A DNA stretch of 34,442 bases from an uncultured Polyangium sp. (GCA_964462915.1 CAYWZX010000118.1:1-34442), one strand, 5' to 3'. Counted from the first letter of the stretch, positions 8,081 through 18,300 are shown. Notes: generated by a model from the letters alone, not told the origin. A program made the numbers and translations.

Positions 8081-9394
8081 TCACCGAGCGGCGAGCTTGG
8101 CGGCTTTGTAGCGGCGATATGCGGGGTCATCGGCGATGAAGATCATTGTGAACACGACGAAAACTCCCCATAGGGCGACGAGGTGTTCGAGCATCAGAAT
8201 GCCGCCTGAACGTTGGAAGATGATGCTCGAGATGGGCGGTCCGAGGAGAATGCCGGAGGCGTAGAACATGTTGTAGATCGCGTTGGCGCGACTGTAGTCC
8301 TCGGCTTTGATCACGACGCCGGTGAGGGCGAGGGCGACGGGGGACATGGAGGCGAAGGTGGCACCAGCGACGAAGACGATGAAACACATGACCCAGTAGG
8401 AGTCGAGAAAGACGAACCCGAGGACGGCCATGAGGCCGACGGTGGACAAGGCGCGTACGGTTTTGAGGTGTCCGACGCGGTCGGCAATACGTCCGACGAT
8501 GTTCGAGCAGAGCAGCATTCCCAAGCAAAACAGGCCGGGGAAAATGATGGTTTTTTCCCGAGCGATTCCTTTGTTCTCGATCAAGTAAAGCGGCAGAAAC
8601 AAGACGACGGAGGCTTGGAAATACCCGTACGAGAAGGCGGCAAAACACGAGGTTTTGATACGCCAGAGGATCTGCATGCCCGACAGGTGTTGCACCTTGT
8701 CCTTGCCGTCGGCGTCTTTTTCGACGGATTCGTCAGAGGAAACGCCTTCGGCTGGTGGAGCTGGGGGCATTTGCGACAATACGAAAATACCTGCGCAAAT
8801 CTCGAAGAGTGCTCCGACGGCAAACGATATCGTGTTGGGTACGTAATACGCGAGCCCGGTGGCTAGAGCTGGTCCGATGACGTATCCGCTAGCCAGCCAG
8901 ATGGCATAAAGGGTTGTCAGGTACGCTTTGTGTTCCTTTCGAGCTTGCGCCAAAAGCACCGTTTCGGAACCGACCCAGACGCCAATCGTGCACACGCCGT
9001 CGAAAAACCTGACGAACGCGATGGATTCGTAGCTGTTCAGGTGGGGAAACAGAACCAAGCAAACGGCATAACCGAATAAACAGATAGCCAATATGCGTTC
9101 GGCCGAAAAACGCCGAATGAGCATTCCGACGGGCAACGAAAAAAGCACGAGGCCCGAGGCGAAAAACAAAGACAATGTGCCGATATTTTGTTTCGTGAAT
9201 CCGTGCGCATCGAGGTGCAACGGCGTCAAACCGAGCGATACGCCACAACCAATTCCGAAAGGAACGGTCGCGGCATAAAGACGCTTCAGATGCGAAGGAA
9301 CTTTGCGCTCGACTTTGGATTCCGACATGGTGGATGTTGGCGGAGCGTACGCGGCGACTTCAGACGAAGGCTGATTTGCAGACACGCGCGCCAT
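8081..9394 (-). CDS. MFS (major facilitator superfamily) transporter with about 12 TM helices.
   Basis: The protein has multiple hydrophobic helices. The motif GRIADRVGH resembles MFS motif A (GxxxDRxGRR). The start could instead be the downstream ATG at 9328 (MSESK...). Confidence 0.8.
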   Translation of the reverse strand: MARVSANQPSSEVAAYAPPTSTMSESKVERKVPSHLKRLYAATVPFGIGCGVSLGLTPLHLDAHGFTKQNIGTLSLFFASGLVLFSLPVGMLIRRFSAERILAICLFGYAVCLVLFPHLNSYESIAFVRFFDGVCTIGVWVGSETVLLAQARKEHKAYLTTLYAIWLASGYVIGPALATGLAYYVPNTISFAVGALFEICAGIFVLSQMPPAPPAEGVSSDESVEKDADGKDKVQHLSGMQILWRIKTSCFAAFSYGYFQASVVLFLPLYLIENKGIAREKTIIFPGLFCLGMLLCSNIVGRIADRVGHLKTVRALSTVGLMAVLGFVFLDSYWVMCFIVFVAGATFASMSPVALALTGVVIKAEDYSRANAIYNMFYASGILLGPPISSIIFQRSGGILMLEHLVALWGVFVVFTMIFIADDPAYRRYKAAKLAAR

Positions 9395-9557
9395 CTACCA
9401 TGGCCTGGACGCGTCAGCCACGTGGCAGGCACGTCGAGGCTATTTTTATTTTCTGCGACGAAGTTTACGCACATCGTGCCGCTGTTTTTCGCACCGAAAT
9501 TGACGCGGCCGATACGTAAAGCTCGGCCGCGTCAATTCTCGTCAGTTATGGTTCGGT

Positions 9558-11957
9558 TCAATGAATTGCTTGTACCGCGCCTGACGCATTGTCCGCTGAT
9601 GTACCAAGCGATCCAGTGACGCGTGTTTCGCTGGGGACGTCTTCGAGCGCTGCGGCAAGGACTTGCGTCATGTCTTCGGCAAACACGAAATCGAGGCTTT
9701 TGCGCACTTCTTCGGGCACTTCCTCGACATCTCGCGCATTACGATGCGGCAAAATCACGCGCTTGATGCCTGCGCGATGAGCCGCCATGACCTTGGCTTT
9801 GATTCCGCCAACGGGGAGCACTCGGCCGCGCAATGTGCATTCGCCGGTCATTGCGGTGTCGCTGCGCACGCGTCGTGACGATAACAATGAAGTCAGGGCC
9901 GTGAACATGGTCACGCCGGCGCTGGGTCCGTCTTTTGGAACTGCGCCTGCCGGGACGTGAATGTGCAAATCCTGTTCTTCGAGTTTGTCCGTGTCGACTC
10001 CGAGTTCTTCGGCATGGCTTTTCACGTAGGAAAGAGCGGCTTTGGCTGATTCCTTCATGACGTCGCCGAGTTGTCCGGTGATTTCGACGCGACCTTTACC
10101 CGGCATACGACTCGTTTCAATGAACAGAATGTCTCCACCCACGGGTGTCCAGGCCATTCCGGTAGCTACTCCGGGAACGGCGGTACGTTCGGCCATTTCC
10201 GCGAAAAACTTTTCCTTTCCGAGATATTTTCGCAGATTGTTTTCCTCGACCGCGAGCGCCGGTTTTTCATCTTTGGCGCGGGCGACTTCCAGGGACAAGG
10301 CGCGACAAAGTTTTTTGATTTCACGTTCGAGTTGGCGCACACCTGCTTCTCGCGTGTAATCGCGCACGATGCTGCGCAATGCATCATCGGTCATCGTCAA
10401 GGTACCTTCGGCAATGCCATGGGCGGCGAGTTGCTTGGGAATCAAGTGCTTTCGCGCAATGTGCAATTTCTCGTCTTGCGTGTATCCGCTCATTTCGATG
10501 ACTTCGAGCCGGTCGCGCAAAGGTGCCGAGAGTTGGCTCAAGTCATTGGCGGTGCAAATGAAAAGGACCTCGGACAAATCGAAGGGCAGCTCCAAGTAAT
10601 GGTCCTGGAAAGTCTTGTTTTGTTCGGGATCCAAGACTTCTAGGAGTGCAGCTTCGGGATTACCGGCCCAACCTTGGGCCAACTTATCGATTTCGTCGAG
10701 GAGTATGACGGGGTTTTTCGCTTTGGCTTTTTTCATGCCGTGCAAAATTCGGCCCGGCAATGCGGCGACGTAGGTGCGGCGATGGCCGCGAATCTCTGCT
10801 TCGTCACGCACGCCACCGAGTGCAATGCGGACAAACGGACGACCCGTAGCATCGGCAATGGATTGGCCAATCGAGGTTTTTCCAACGCCTGGCGGACCGG
10901 CCAAACAAAGGATACTGCCCTTGGTCGTGCCTTTGAGGCGCAATACCGCAATGTGCTCCATGATGCGCTTTTTGACTTCCTCGAGGCCATGGTGATCGTC
11001 GTCGAGTTTTTTAGAAACCGCATCGATGTCGTCTTTGGCGTCCGCACGGTAACTCCAGGGAAGCTCGGCAATCCATTCCAAATAATTCCGAATGACGTTG
11101 TATTCGGCTTGTTGTGGGGAAAGCGAGCTCAATCGTTCGAGTTCTCGATGGGCCACGGTTTTGGCGTCTTCGGGCAAATTGGCCTTTTCAATGCGTTCTC
11201 GGAGACCTTCGACGTCACTTTCGCCTTTGTCGTCACCGAGTTCTTTTTTGATGGCCCGAAGTTGTTCGCGCAAAATGGCTTCTCTTTGCTGATTACCGAT
11301 TTCGCGGCGGACGTCTTGCTCGATTTTGCGTTTGACTTCGGTCAGGGATTTTTGTTCGAGGACGAACCCAGCGAGCAAACGCAGCCGTTCGACGACATCG
11401 AGGGCGTCGAGGATTCGGATGTCTTTATCTGATGAGAGTCCCAGTACAGCTGCCAAGCGATCGGCGAAGCGGGAGGGGTTTTCTTCGGCGGTGGTGACGC
11501 CGATGGAGTTTTCGATGCCCCGGCCGAGGTCGCGGACTTGGTCGAAGAGTGCGCGGGCGAAGAGGCGCGCTTCCTCGGTTTCTCCGGCAGTTTCTTCGAC
11601 CGAGGTTGCGTTTGCGACCCAAAAAGGATCGACTTGTTCGATCGCTCCGAGGTGCAAACGGGCGAGGCCCTCGATGACGAGGCGCATGTCACCACTGGGC
11701 ATGCGGCCTGTTTCCACGACGCGCGCGTAGGTGCCCAAGTGATGCACATCGTCGGGAGAAGGGTCGGCCACCGAACGATCCCTTTGCGTGACCACACCAA
11801 TGACGTCGCCTTTCGACAAGGTCCGGACGAGGGCAAGCGAACGTTCGCGACCAATTGGTAAAGCGATTACTGTTCCGGGAAATAGAACTCCATTACGGAG
11901 AGGGAGTACAGGGAGGGATGCAGGGGACAAAAGGGTGTTATCACGCAACGTAGTCAT
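9558..11957 (-). CDS. lon: ATP-dependent Lon protease (endopeptidase La).
   Basis: The Walker A motif is GPPGVGKTS. The proteolytic serine motif is PKDGPSAGVTMFTAL. An N-terminal LON substrate domain is present. The start is set at the internal ATG 11957 (MTTLRDNTLL), which has the RBS aaggagac 7 nt upstream. The track's 12002 start has no RBS. Confidence 0.95.
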   Translation of the reverse strand: MTTLRDNTLLSPASLPVLPLRNGVLFPGTVIALPIGRERSLALVRTLSKGDVIGVVTQRDRSVADPSPDDVHHLGTYARVVETGRMPSGDMRLVIEGLARLHLGAIEQVDPFWVANATSVEETAGETEEARLFARALFDQVRDLGRGIENSIGVTTAEENPSRFADRLAAVLGLSSDKDIRILDALDVVERLRLLAGFVLEQKSLTEVKRKIEQDVRREIGNQQREAILREQLRAIKKELGDDKGESDVEGLRERIEKANLPEDAKTVAHRELERLSSLSPQQAEYNVIRNYLEWIAELPWSYRADAKDDIDAVSKKLDDDHHGLEEVKKRIMEHIAVLRLKGTTKGSILCLAGPPGVGKTSIGQSIADATGRPFVRIALGGVRDEAEIRGHRRTYVAALPGRILHGMKKAKAKNPVILLDEIDKLAQGWAGNPEAALLEVLDPEQNKTFQDHYLELPFDLSEVLFICTANDLSQLSAPLRDRLEVIEMSGYTQDEKLHIARKHLIPKQLAAHGIAEGTLTMTDDALRSIVRDYTREAGVRQLEREIKKLCRALSLEVARAKDEKPALAVEENNLRKYLGKEKFFAEMAERTAVPGVATGMAWTPVGGDILFIETSRMPGKGRVEITGQLGDVMKESAKAALSYVKSHAEELGVDTDKLEEQDLHIHVPAGAVPKDGPSAGVTMFTALTSLLSSRRVRSDTAMTGECTLRGRVLPVGGIKAKVMAAHRAGIKRVILPHRNARDVEEVPEEVRKSLDFVFAEDMTQVLAAALEDVPSETRVTGSLGTSADNASGAVQAIH

Positions 11958-12090
11958 CGTGAGTCTCCTTCGACGAGGAAATAACGGTTCCTCGTCCGGC
12001 ATACCGTTCAGGGCCGTATCGCGAGGAATGAACGAAAAATAAAATCATTCACGATTCTGTCAATGGGTGAAGATGACGAAGCGTAAGATT

Positions 12091-12148
12091 ACCGTGGTTG
12101 CGCGGATAGCGCATATGTCGACCCGCAAAACATGACCGTGGTTGCGCG
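12091..12148. promoter_or_regulatory. A 14-bp direct repeat accgtggttgcgcg occurs twice (12091-12104 and 12135-12148). It lies in the relatively AT-rich divergent intergenic region between lon and the kinase gene.
   Basis: The repeat is read directly. Lower-GC, promoter-like sequence spans 12003-12224. Confidence 0.3.
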
Positions 12149-12227
12149 TTTGGTTCACAGTTTTGTTTATTTAATTACATGTTCAGTGTTTGGCCCACGT
12201 TGAACGGGCCCTGTATGATCGCGCGTG

Positions 12228-15200
12228 ATGATCAGGATTGGCAGCGTCCTACGGAATCGATTTCGGATTGACGCGCAGGCTCGAGCCGGCGGGATGGGCC
12301 AAATTTATCGGGCTACCGACCTATCCACGGGCAACATCGTCGCTGCCAAGATCTTGCTCGACACATCCCTGCAGCATCGAGCCCGGTTCCAGCGCGAGAC
12401 GGAAATTTTGGAGCGGATTCATCATCCGCATGTCGTCGAATACGTCGCGAGTGGAACGGGCCTCGATGGCGAAGTTTTTTTCATCATGGAGTGGCTCGAA
12501 GGGGAAGATCTCCTATCGGTCCTTTCCCGCAGGAGATTGTCGGTTCGCGAGGTGCTGGCCTTGGCGGAGCGAATCGCCGCGGCCATGGGGGCGGTGCATG
12601 CGCAAGGTGTCGTGCATCGCGACCTCAAACCGTCCAATATTTTTCTTGTCGACGGTCGCCTGGACCAACCCAAGATTCTCGATTTCGGAATTGCTTATTA
12701 TGCCGATGCGACGCGCGTGACCGCAGCCGGAACGGTGGTCGGGACACCGAGCTACATGGCGCCCGAACAGGCGCGGTCGGGCGGAAAAGTCGACGCCACC
12801 GCGGATGTTTTCTCCTTGGGCTGTTTGCTCTTCGAATGCCTGACCGGCGAGCCCCCGTTCATTGCCGAACACATGGTGGCGGTATTGGCAAAAGTGGTTT
12901 TCGAGGAAGCCCCGCGCGCCAGTGAATTTGCGCCCGACATACCCGATTGGCTGGACAGACTCATCGAGCGCATGCTGGCAAAAGACCCAACAGTGCGCCC
13001 CAAGGATGGCTGGGAAGTCGCACGGGCGCTGCAGGCAGCGGCGTCTTCCGGTTCGCGCGACCCGGAACGTCTTGTCGAGCCGATGGGGCGTAGCGAACGC
13101 CGATTTTTGGGTGTCTTATTGATGGGCAAACCTCCGTCACAGCCACAAGATGTCACGGTTTCGGTCACTGTGGACTTGGCTTCGCCGATCGAGTTGAAAG
13201 CCCTCATCGCCCGATTTGGCGCGCACCTCGAATTGTTTGCCGACGGAACGACAGTGGTCATTTTTGATCAAACGAGCATTCCGACCGATATTGCTACGCA
13301 CGTTGCGCGTTGTGCGCTCACGTTACGGGCGAACGTTCCGCAAGCACCTATCGCAATTACAACCGGTTGGGGGGAACTCGGTCGAGGCTTGCCTGTGGGT
13401 GAGGCCATCGAACGCGCTGTGCAACTCTTGTATACGCCGCGTGCAGAGGACATCGAAGCTTCACCACGCATCCTGATCGACGATATGACCGCGGGCCTCT
13501 TGGATGCTCGGTTTGACGTGGTCGATCTAGACGAACACGGCTTCGAGCTTCGAGGCGAGCGCGATGTCTTCGACACGTCACGCCCACTGCTCGGCAAAGT
13601 CACTGCATGTGTGGGGCGGGAACGCGAGTTGGCGATGTTGGACCAAGCGTTGGCGAACGCCGCGTCCGAGCCTTCTGCGTTTGCCGTGGTGATCTCGGGC
13701 CCAGCTGGCATCGGAAAATCAAGGCTTCTGCAAGAGTTTGTCGAAAGAAACCGACAAGCGGGTAAGCCAGTCACGATCTGGATTGGTCGCGGAAATCCGG
13801 AACGGGCGGGTTCGACCTTTGGGTTGTTGGCCGATGCGTTCCAGCGAGCTGCGGGGATCGCCCAAGGTGCGGCTTTGGATGTGCGACGGGAGAAGTTTGG
13901 CGCGTTTGTGTCCAGGTTTGTCGAGGAAGATCAGCAGCAACGAGTGACGGAATTTTTGGGTGAGCTGATTGGAGTTACGTATCCGGACGAGGACAGTTTG
14001 CCCTTGCGTGCGGCCCGCCAAGATCCCGAGCTTTGTGGCGAGCAAATGAAGCTTGCGCTGCATGACTTTTTGCGCGCCGTAACGTTGCGCCGTCCGTTGT
14101 TGCTCGTGTTCGACGATGTCCACTTGGGCGATCATGCGTCTGTCTCGGCCATAGGTACATTGCTCCGCGAGTTCGCAGACGAACCTCTATTGGTGGTGGC
14201 AACGGTGCGCCCCGAGGTCGAGCAAGTTTTTCCGAATCTATGGGCGGATCACGGTCGTCAGCAACTGACGTTGGGGCCCATTTCTCCGAAGGCGAGTGCT
14301 CGGTTGGTTCGTCATGTGTTGGGTGAGTCGACGGACGCGGCGCTCGTGGATCGTTTGGTTGCGCGTGCGGACGGGCATCCGTTTTTCTTGGAAGAACTGG
14401 TTCGTACGACTTCGGAGAATCGCGCGGATGCTTTGCCGAGTACGGTCGTGGCGATGGTGCAAACGCGTCTCGAGCGAATCGATCCGTTGGTGCGGCGAGC
14501 ATTGCGAGCTGCGAGCGTGCTTGGCGATGTGTTTTGGCGGGGTATCGTGGCGCAGATGGTGGGCGTTGACTTGACAAACGCATGGCCGCTGTTGGTCAAG
14601 ACGGAAATTTGCGTACGTCATCGAGAGAGTCGATTTCCGGGCGATGAGGAATACGCATTTCGACAAGCACTCGTACGGGAAGGTGCGTACGGCCTCTTGA
14701 CCGAAAAGGACCGGGAAATTGGGCATCGATTGGCGGGCGAGTTATTGGAGCGGGCAGGGGAAACCGATGCGTTGATTTTGGCGAGCCATTTCGAGCGTGG
14801 CGGGCAAGGGGCGCGGGCGGCGGAGTATTACATTCGCGGCGCGGAATTGGCGAGTTCGCGATACGACGATTTGGACGCAGAGCGTTGGTATACGCGTGCT
14901 TTGGAGCTAGCGGGATCATTGCCGATCGTGGCTCAGCGTGGGCGCGGATTGGCGCGATTTCGCCTGGGTAAGCAAGCGGAATCCGTCGACATATTACATG
15001 ACGCGGTAGGGCATGCCGAACGAGAAGGAAATACCGTTTTGCAGGCCGAATTGTTGCTTGATGAAGCAATGGTTTTCGATTGGATGGGCGAATATCAAAA
15101 GGCGGAAGAACGCGTCATGACGGCGCGAGGGCTGGAGATGCGTGAAAGTTCGCCGCTTGTGGATGCTCGATTGATGCTTGGTTTGGGACGTGCCGCATTG

Positions 15201-16085
15201 CGTTCAAACCGCAATGAACATGCAGCAGTGGACCTTTTTCGAGCTGTTGGCGCCGCGATCGCTTTGGGTGAGTCGGGGTATGAGACACGGGTCATTGCCC
15301 TATTGATGTTGGGATTCATTTTGCCATTTCTCGATCGCTTGGGTGAAGCAATTTCCACGCTCGACGAAGCCATTCAGGCGTGTGAGGAACGCAAGGATTT
15401 GTTGCATCTCGGGCCGGCGATGAGCAATCGAGCGCTCGTGCGTGCGTACCAGGGCGATCGCGCTGGGGCCATGGCTGATTTCGAGCAATCCATACTGCTG
15501 GGGCGAAAATTAGGGCAGAGGCGCGTGGAGCTCGTGGGTAACTACAATGTTGCCGAATATCTTTATTGGGCGGATGAGGTGACAAGTGCAGAGCCATTCA
15601 TTCAAGTAGCGGTATCCTTGGCTCAGCACCCTAATGCGGGTGTGCCACTGGCGTGGGTCGAGTTGCTGCAGGCACGTATGAAGTTTTATTGCGGCGCTGA
15701 GAAAGATGCGCGGGCAATGATCAAACAGATTCGAGAAACACAGGCGGTGGCGCGAAAAACGCAAAACGGGCTCGAGATATTGCCCCCGTCGCTCGATGTG
15801 CTTTGTGCCGCTGTAGAATTGGCTACGAGCGCCGCGTCGGTGGCTGGATGGGACGACGTGGAGGCTCGCTCAGCGGCCTATTCCGAGGGGCAGGAGCGGA
15901 TCGAAATCATTGAGATTCGAGCGTTGTGGGCGTTGCGTCAGGGCAATCTTGGGGAGGCCAAACAAGCAGCCGAAAGGGCGATTGCATTATCGCGCCAGAT
16001 TCTGACCGTCATGAAGCCACGATTACGTCGAGAGTTCGCGTCATTGATTGACGGTTCGGATGTATCGTCCACGATACGCGTGTAA
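12228..16085 (+). CDS. Eukaryotic-like Ser/Thr protein kinase fused to an AAA/STAND-type ATPase and a C-terminal TPR-like helical repeat region.
   Basis: The kinase Gly-loop is GGMGQIY. The conserved lysine is VAAKIL. The catalytic loop is HRDLKPSN. DFG is present and the activation segment ends GTPSYMAPE. The Walker A motif is ISGPAGIGKSRLL and the Walker B motif is LLLVFDDVH. The C-terminal roughly 500 aa is Ala/Leu-rich and helical. The track starts the ORF at GTG 12225, and the ATG is at 12228. Confidence 0.9.
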   Translation: MIRIGSVLRNRFRIDAQARAGGMGQIYRATDLSTGNIVAAKILLDTSLQHRARFQRETEILERIHHPHVVEYVASGTGLDGEVFFIMEWLEGEDLLSVLSRRRLSVREVLALAERIAAAMGAVHAQGVVHRDLKPSNIFLVDGRLDQPKILDFGIAYYADATRVTAAGTVVGTPSYMAPEQARSGGKVDATADVFSLGCLLFECLTGEPPFIAEHMVAVLAKVVFEEAPRASEFAPDIPDWLDRLIERMLAKDPTVRPKDGWEVARALQAAASSGSRDPERLVEPMGRSERRFLGVLLMGKPPSQPQDVTVSVTVDLASPIELKALIARFGAHLELFADGTTVVIFDQTSIPTDIATHVARCALTLRANVPQAPIAITTGWGELGRGLPVGEAIERAVQLLYTPRAEDIEASPRILIDDMTAGLLDARFDVVDLDEHGFELRGERDVFDTSRPLLGKVTACVGRERELAMLDQALANAASEPSAFAVVISGPAGIGKSRLLQEFVERNRQAGKPVTIWIGRGNPERAGSTFGLLADAFQRAAGIAQGAALDVRREKFGAFVSRFVEEDQQQRVTEFLGELIGVTYPDEDSLPLRAARQDPELCGEQMKLALHDFLRAVTLRRPLLLVFDDVHLGDHASVSAIGTLLREFADEPLLVVATVRPEVEQVFPNLWADHGRQQLTLGPISPKASARLVRHVLGESTDAALVDRLVARADGHPFFLEELVRTTSENRADALPSTVVAMVQTRLERIDPLVRRALRAASVLGDVFWRGIVAQMVGVDLTNAWPLLVKTEICVRHRESRFPGDEEYAFRQALVREGAYGLLTEKDREIGHRLAGELLERAGETDALILASHFERGGQGARAAEYYIRGAELASSRYDDLDAERWYTRALELAGSLPIVAQRGRGLARFRLGKQAESVDILHDAVGHAEREGNTVLQAELLLDEAMVFDWMGEYQKAEERVMTARGLEMRESSPLVDARLMLGLGRAALRSNRNEHAAVDLFRAVGAAIALGESGYETRVIALLMLGFILPFLDRLGEAISTLDEAIQACEERKDLLHLGPAMSNRALVRAYQGDRAGAMADFEQSILLGRKLGQRRVELVGNYNVAEYLYWADEVTSAEPFIQVAVSLAQHPNAGVPLAWVELLQARMKFYCGAEKDARAMIKQIRETQAVARKTQNGLEILPPSLDVLCAAVELATSAASVAGWDDVEARSAAYSEGQERIEIIEIRALWALRQGNLGEAKQAAERAIALSRQILTVMKPRLRREFASLIDGSDVSSTIRV

Positions 16086-16318
16086 TGAATTCGGCAGTAG
16101 GCCTTTCGTGTGTCGCAAGTTTCATCATGTGCATCCCAGGCGTGTAGATGACTGGGTGAGCTGGGGACGTAGTGTCGTGCGGGTCTGTCGGCGCGATCGT
16201 TTTGATAGTTCGCATTCGTGCCTACGAACGGGATTCGAGAAATGCGCTTGTGGTTATTCCTGGATGAGCGATAATGGGTTCGTACATCGGTTCCCGCTAC
16301 CCGCACCCAGGAGGCAGG

Positions 16319-17158
16319 GTCATGAAAATAAGCGCCGCGTTGATGGGTTTGACCGGTTTGTCATTACTTGCCGGATGCACGGTAGAGCCATCGGCTATTG
16401 AGGATTTCGTAGACGAATCAAGTGACGCCGTCATCACAACGAACGCGATCACGACAAACGCGATCACGACGAACGCAATTACGACGAATGCGATCACGAC
16501 GAATGCGATCACGACGAATGCAATTACGACGAACGCTCTGGCCGTATTTCGCGATCCCAGTGCCGCAGGTGAATCCGCACGCTTGTACCTTCAGTACTTG
16601 GTACGGTGTTCGTTCCGAGTGAATCAATCAGTGAGTTTCTCTTGGACAGACAATGGGGGCAACGTTCATCCGGAAACCTACGTCGGAGAACTCGGTTTGG
16701 CGCCCGAATGGGCTACTGGGCCCTTGAGTCAACGTGGAAAGCGAATGGTCAGTGGGTGCATGGCGGCCCACGTCAACTACTACGGTATTCACGTGACTCT
16801 TTCGGTTCGGTCGAATGAATCGCCGTTGCGTCTTCATCCCAACGACGACGAAATTGATGAGTATTCACACATCGAAGGTGCATTTTGGGGGAACCTCTGG
16901 GCCCCGGAGCCGTACCTGCACGCATGTTATCAAAAGTCGAACGTGAATCACTCGAGAGAGCGACTGCGAGATTGTGCAACAGGGCATGTGAATGCTGACG
17001 GGAGTGTCGAAGATTGCGGGATGATCGAGGTGGTTGGGCCTTGCCATAAATCCTGTGTTGGGTTTGATTTTGCCCGACAAGATTACGCCAAGTGCATCGA
17101 CGATCCTGAAACATCAGGCAAATTCACAAAGTACGTAATTACGACGGCCCTGCCGTGA
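16319..17158 (+). CDS. Secreted lipoprotein carrying eight tandem AITTN pentapeptide repeats near its N-terminus and a Cys-containing C-terminal domain.
   Basis: ATG 16319 has ggaggcagggtc upstream. The N-terminus MKISAALMGLTGLSLLAGC is a lipobox. The repeat region reads VITTN(AITTN)x7. Confidence 0.7.
   Translation, partial: VMKISAALMGLTGLSLLAGCTVEPSAIEDFVDESSDAVITTNAITTNAITTNAITTNAITTNAITTNAITTNALAVFRDPSAAGESARLYLQYLVRCSFRVNQSVSFSWTDNGGNVHPETYVGELGLAPEWATGPLSQRGKRMVSGCMAAHVNYYGIHVTLSVRSNESPLRLHPNDDEIDEYSHIEGAFWGNLWAPEPYLHACYQKSNVNHSRERLRDCATGHVNADGSVEDCGMIEVVGPCHKSCVGFDFARQDYAKCIDDPETSGKFTKYVITTALP
16430..16549 (+). repeat. Eight imperfect 15-bp tandem repeats of unit acgacgaacgcgatc. The variation is synonymous, so the encoded peptide repeats (A/V)ITTN are perfect.
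   Basis: The repeat is read directly. Confidence 0.85.
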
Positions 17159-17198
17159 GAATCGTCAAGACAACCATCGCCTGTCCAGCCATTTGCTC

Positions 17199-17792
17199 CT
17201 AGGTTGCAGGCGAGCGGCGCAAAATTCCCCGCAAAACGATTTCGTGCAAGGCTCGAGCCAACCCTCGGGCCTCGTCAGCGTCCGTGCACAGAATCCAAGG
17301 CGGCGTAAAACTGCTGTAGGCTCGGAGAATTGCCTGCGCGGTTAGCGCAACGTTGGTGAGTTCAAACTCGCCGTCGGCGGCGGCTTGAGCCAAGAGGTCT
17401 GTGAGTAGTGCACATTCTTCTTGATGAAACCAGACCGACACGTTTTTCACGGCGGGGCTTGCACAGTGAAACAGGTCGCGAGCGTGCGCACCACTCGACG
17501 CCTGGTCGAGGTAGGCTTCGAGACGTATGAGCATCATGTCAGCGAGACGTTCCGACCACGACTTACCAACCTTGGTTGCGGCGGAGCGCATTGCAGCAAG
17601 CACAGCCTCATGACGTGCCTTGGAAAGGGCCTCGATGATGGCTTCTTTGGACGGAAACTCGAGGTACACGGACCCGACCCCGATACCCGCTTCGCGCGCA
17701 ACATCGGCCATGGTTGTTTTTTGCGGGCCGTAGTGTTCCAATAGCCGCTCAGCGGCCTGTAGTATTTGCTCGCGACGAACTACTTCGGTCAT
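17199..17792 (-). CDS. TetR/AcrR family transcriptional regulator.
   Basis: The N-terminal HTH is TTMADVAREAGIGVGSVYLEFPSKEAIIEAL, typical of TetR. The protein is 197 aa and starts ATG at 17792. Confidence 0.85.
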   Translation of the reverse strand: MTEVVRREQILQAAERLLEHYGPQKTTMADVAREAGIGVGSVYLEFPSKEAIIEALSKARHEAVLAAMRSAATKVGKSWSERLADMMLIRLEAYLDQASSGAHARDLFHCASPAVKNVSVWFHQEECALLTDLLAQAAADGEFELTNVALTAQAILRAYSSFTPPWILCTDADEARGLARALHEIVLRGILRRSPAT

Positions 17793-17973
17793 GACATCGC
17801 TCGTTGAATGATGAACGAATTTGCCATGAGTTCATACTTGCTGACAATGCCTTCGGGACGCACTTCACGCTCAACTTCGGTTATCATGTAACGTCGGCGT
17901 TTTTGCCAAGATCGGTAATAGAGGACTTTGATGAAATCGTCGAACATCGAAGGGTAACGGGAACGTCCGATGT

Positions 17974-18300
17974 TTACCTCGGAAGAGGAACTTCGATGCT
18001 CGTTGCGGCGGCACTGGCAGTGCCACTTGCGGGACTCCATGATCGTGAGGCGGAGTCAACCGCGATAGGTGATGTCAATGGGGACAAACTCGGTGGACGA
18101 ATCACGGGTTGGTCGATGAGTCTTGGAGCTTGCGTGGTTGGCAGTTCTATGGGCACGGGTACCACGGCAGAGACAGCCGCTTCGTGATCATCAGCGGGCT
18201 TTTTTTCACAGGTCACGGCAACAAAAAGGAGTACGATGATGAGTACAATTCGAGGCAGTCGTCGATACGACCGTGCTGGCAATGTCCCGATGTCGGCCAT
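17974..18300 (-). CDS. Possible small lipoprotein of about 108 aa. This call is low-confidence.
   Basis: An internal ATG at 18300 gives MADIGTLPARSYRRLPRIVLIIVLLFVAVTCEKK, which is signal-plus-lipobox-like. It has no RBS. A hydrophobic ORF on the opposite strand (17995-18187) competes with it. The region has lower GC. Confidence 0.2.
   Translation of the reverse strand: MADIGTLPARSYRRLPRIVLIIVLLFVAVTCEKKPADDHEAAVSAVVPVPIELPTTQAPRLIDQPVIRPPSLSPLTSPIAVDSASRSWSPASGTASAAATSIEVPLPR

Noticed and set aside
8127-8648. A 173-aa Arg-rich ORF inside the MFS transporter gene.
   Set aside because: It lies in the same orientation but in a different frame from the MFS gene. It is extremely Arg/Pro-rich, which marks a shadow frame.
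10071-11432. Plus-strand ORFs of 190 aa and 252 aa antisense to lon.
   Set aside because: Lon is unambiguous on the minus strand. The antisense translations are Phe/Gly/Val-rich junk, as expected for the reverse complement of a GC-rich gene.
12228-16085. The kinase-AAA-TPR proteins as antiviral STAND (Avs-like) defence genes.
   Set aside because: This three-part architecture with an N-terminal Hanks kinase is a hugely expanded regulatory family in Myxococcota. I see no nuclease or other effector domain and no defence-island neighbours. A defence role is therefore not supported.
17810-17834. A possible TetR operator, atgaac-N13-gttcat, just upstream of the tetR start.
   Set aside because: It has only 6-bp arms, which is easily matched by chance. 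It is noted for completeness but is too weak to call.
17804-18187. A 127-aa plus-strand ORF divergent from tetR.
   Set aside because: It has no RBS, no motifs and low-complexity Gly/Ala/Thr content. It competes with a minus-strand lipoprotein-like ORF, and neither can be confirmed from sequence alone.
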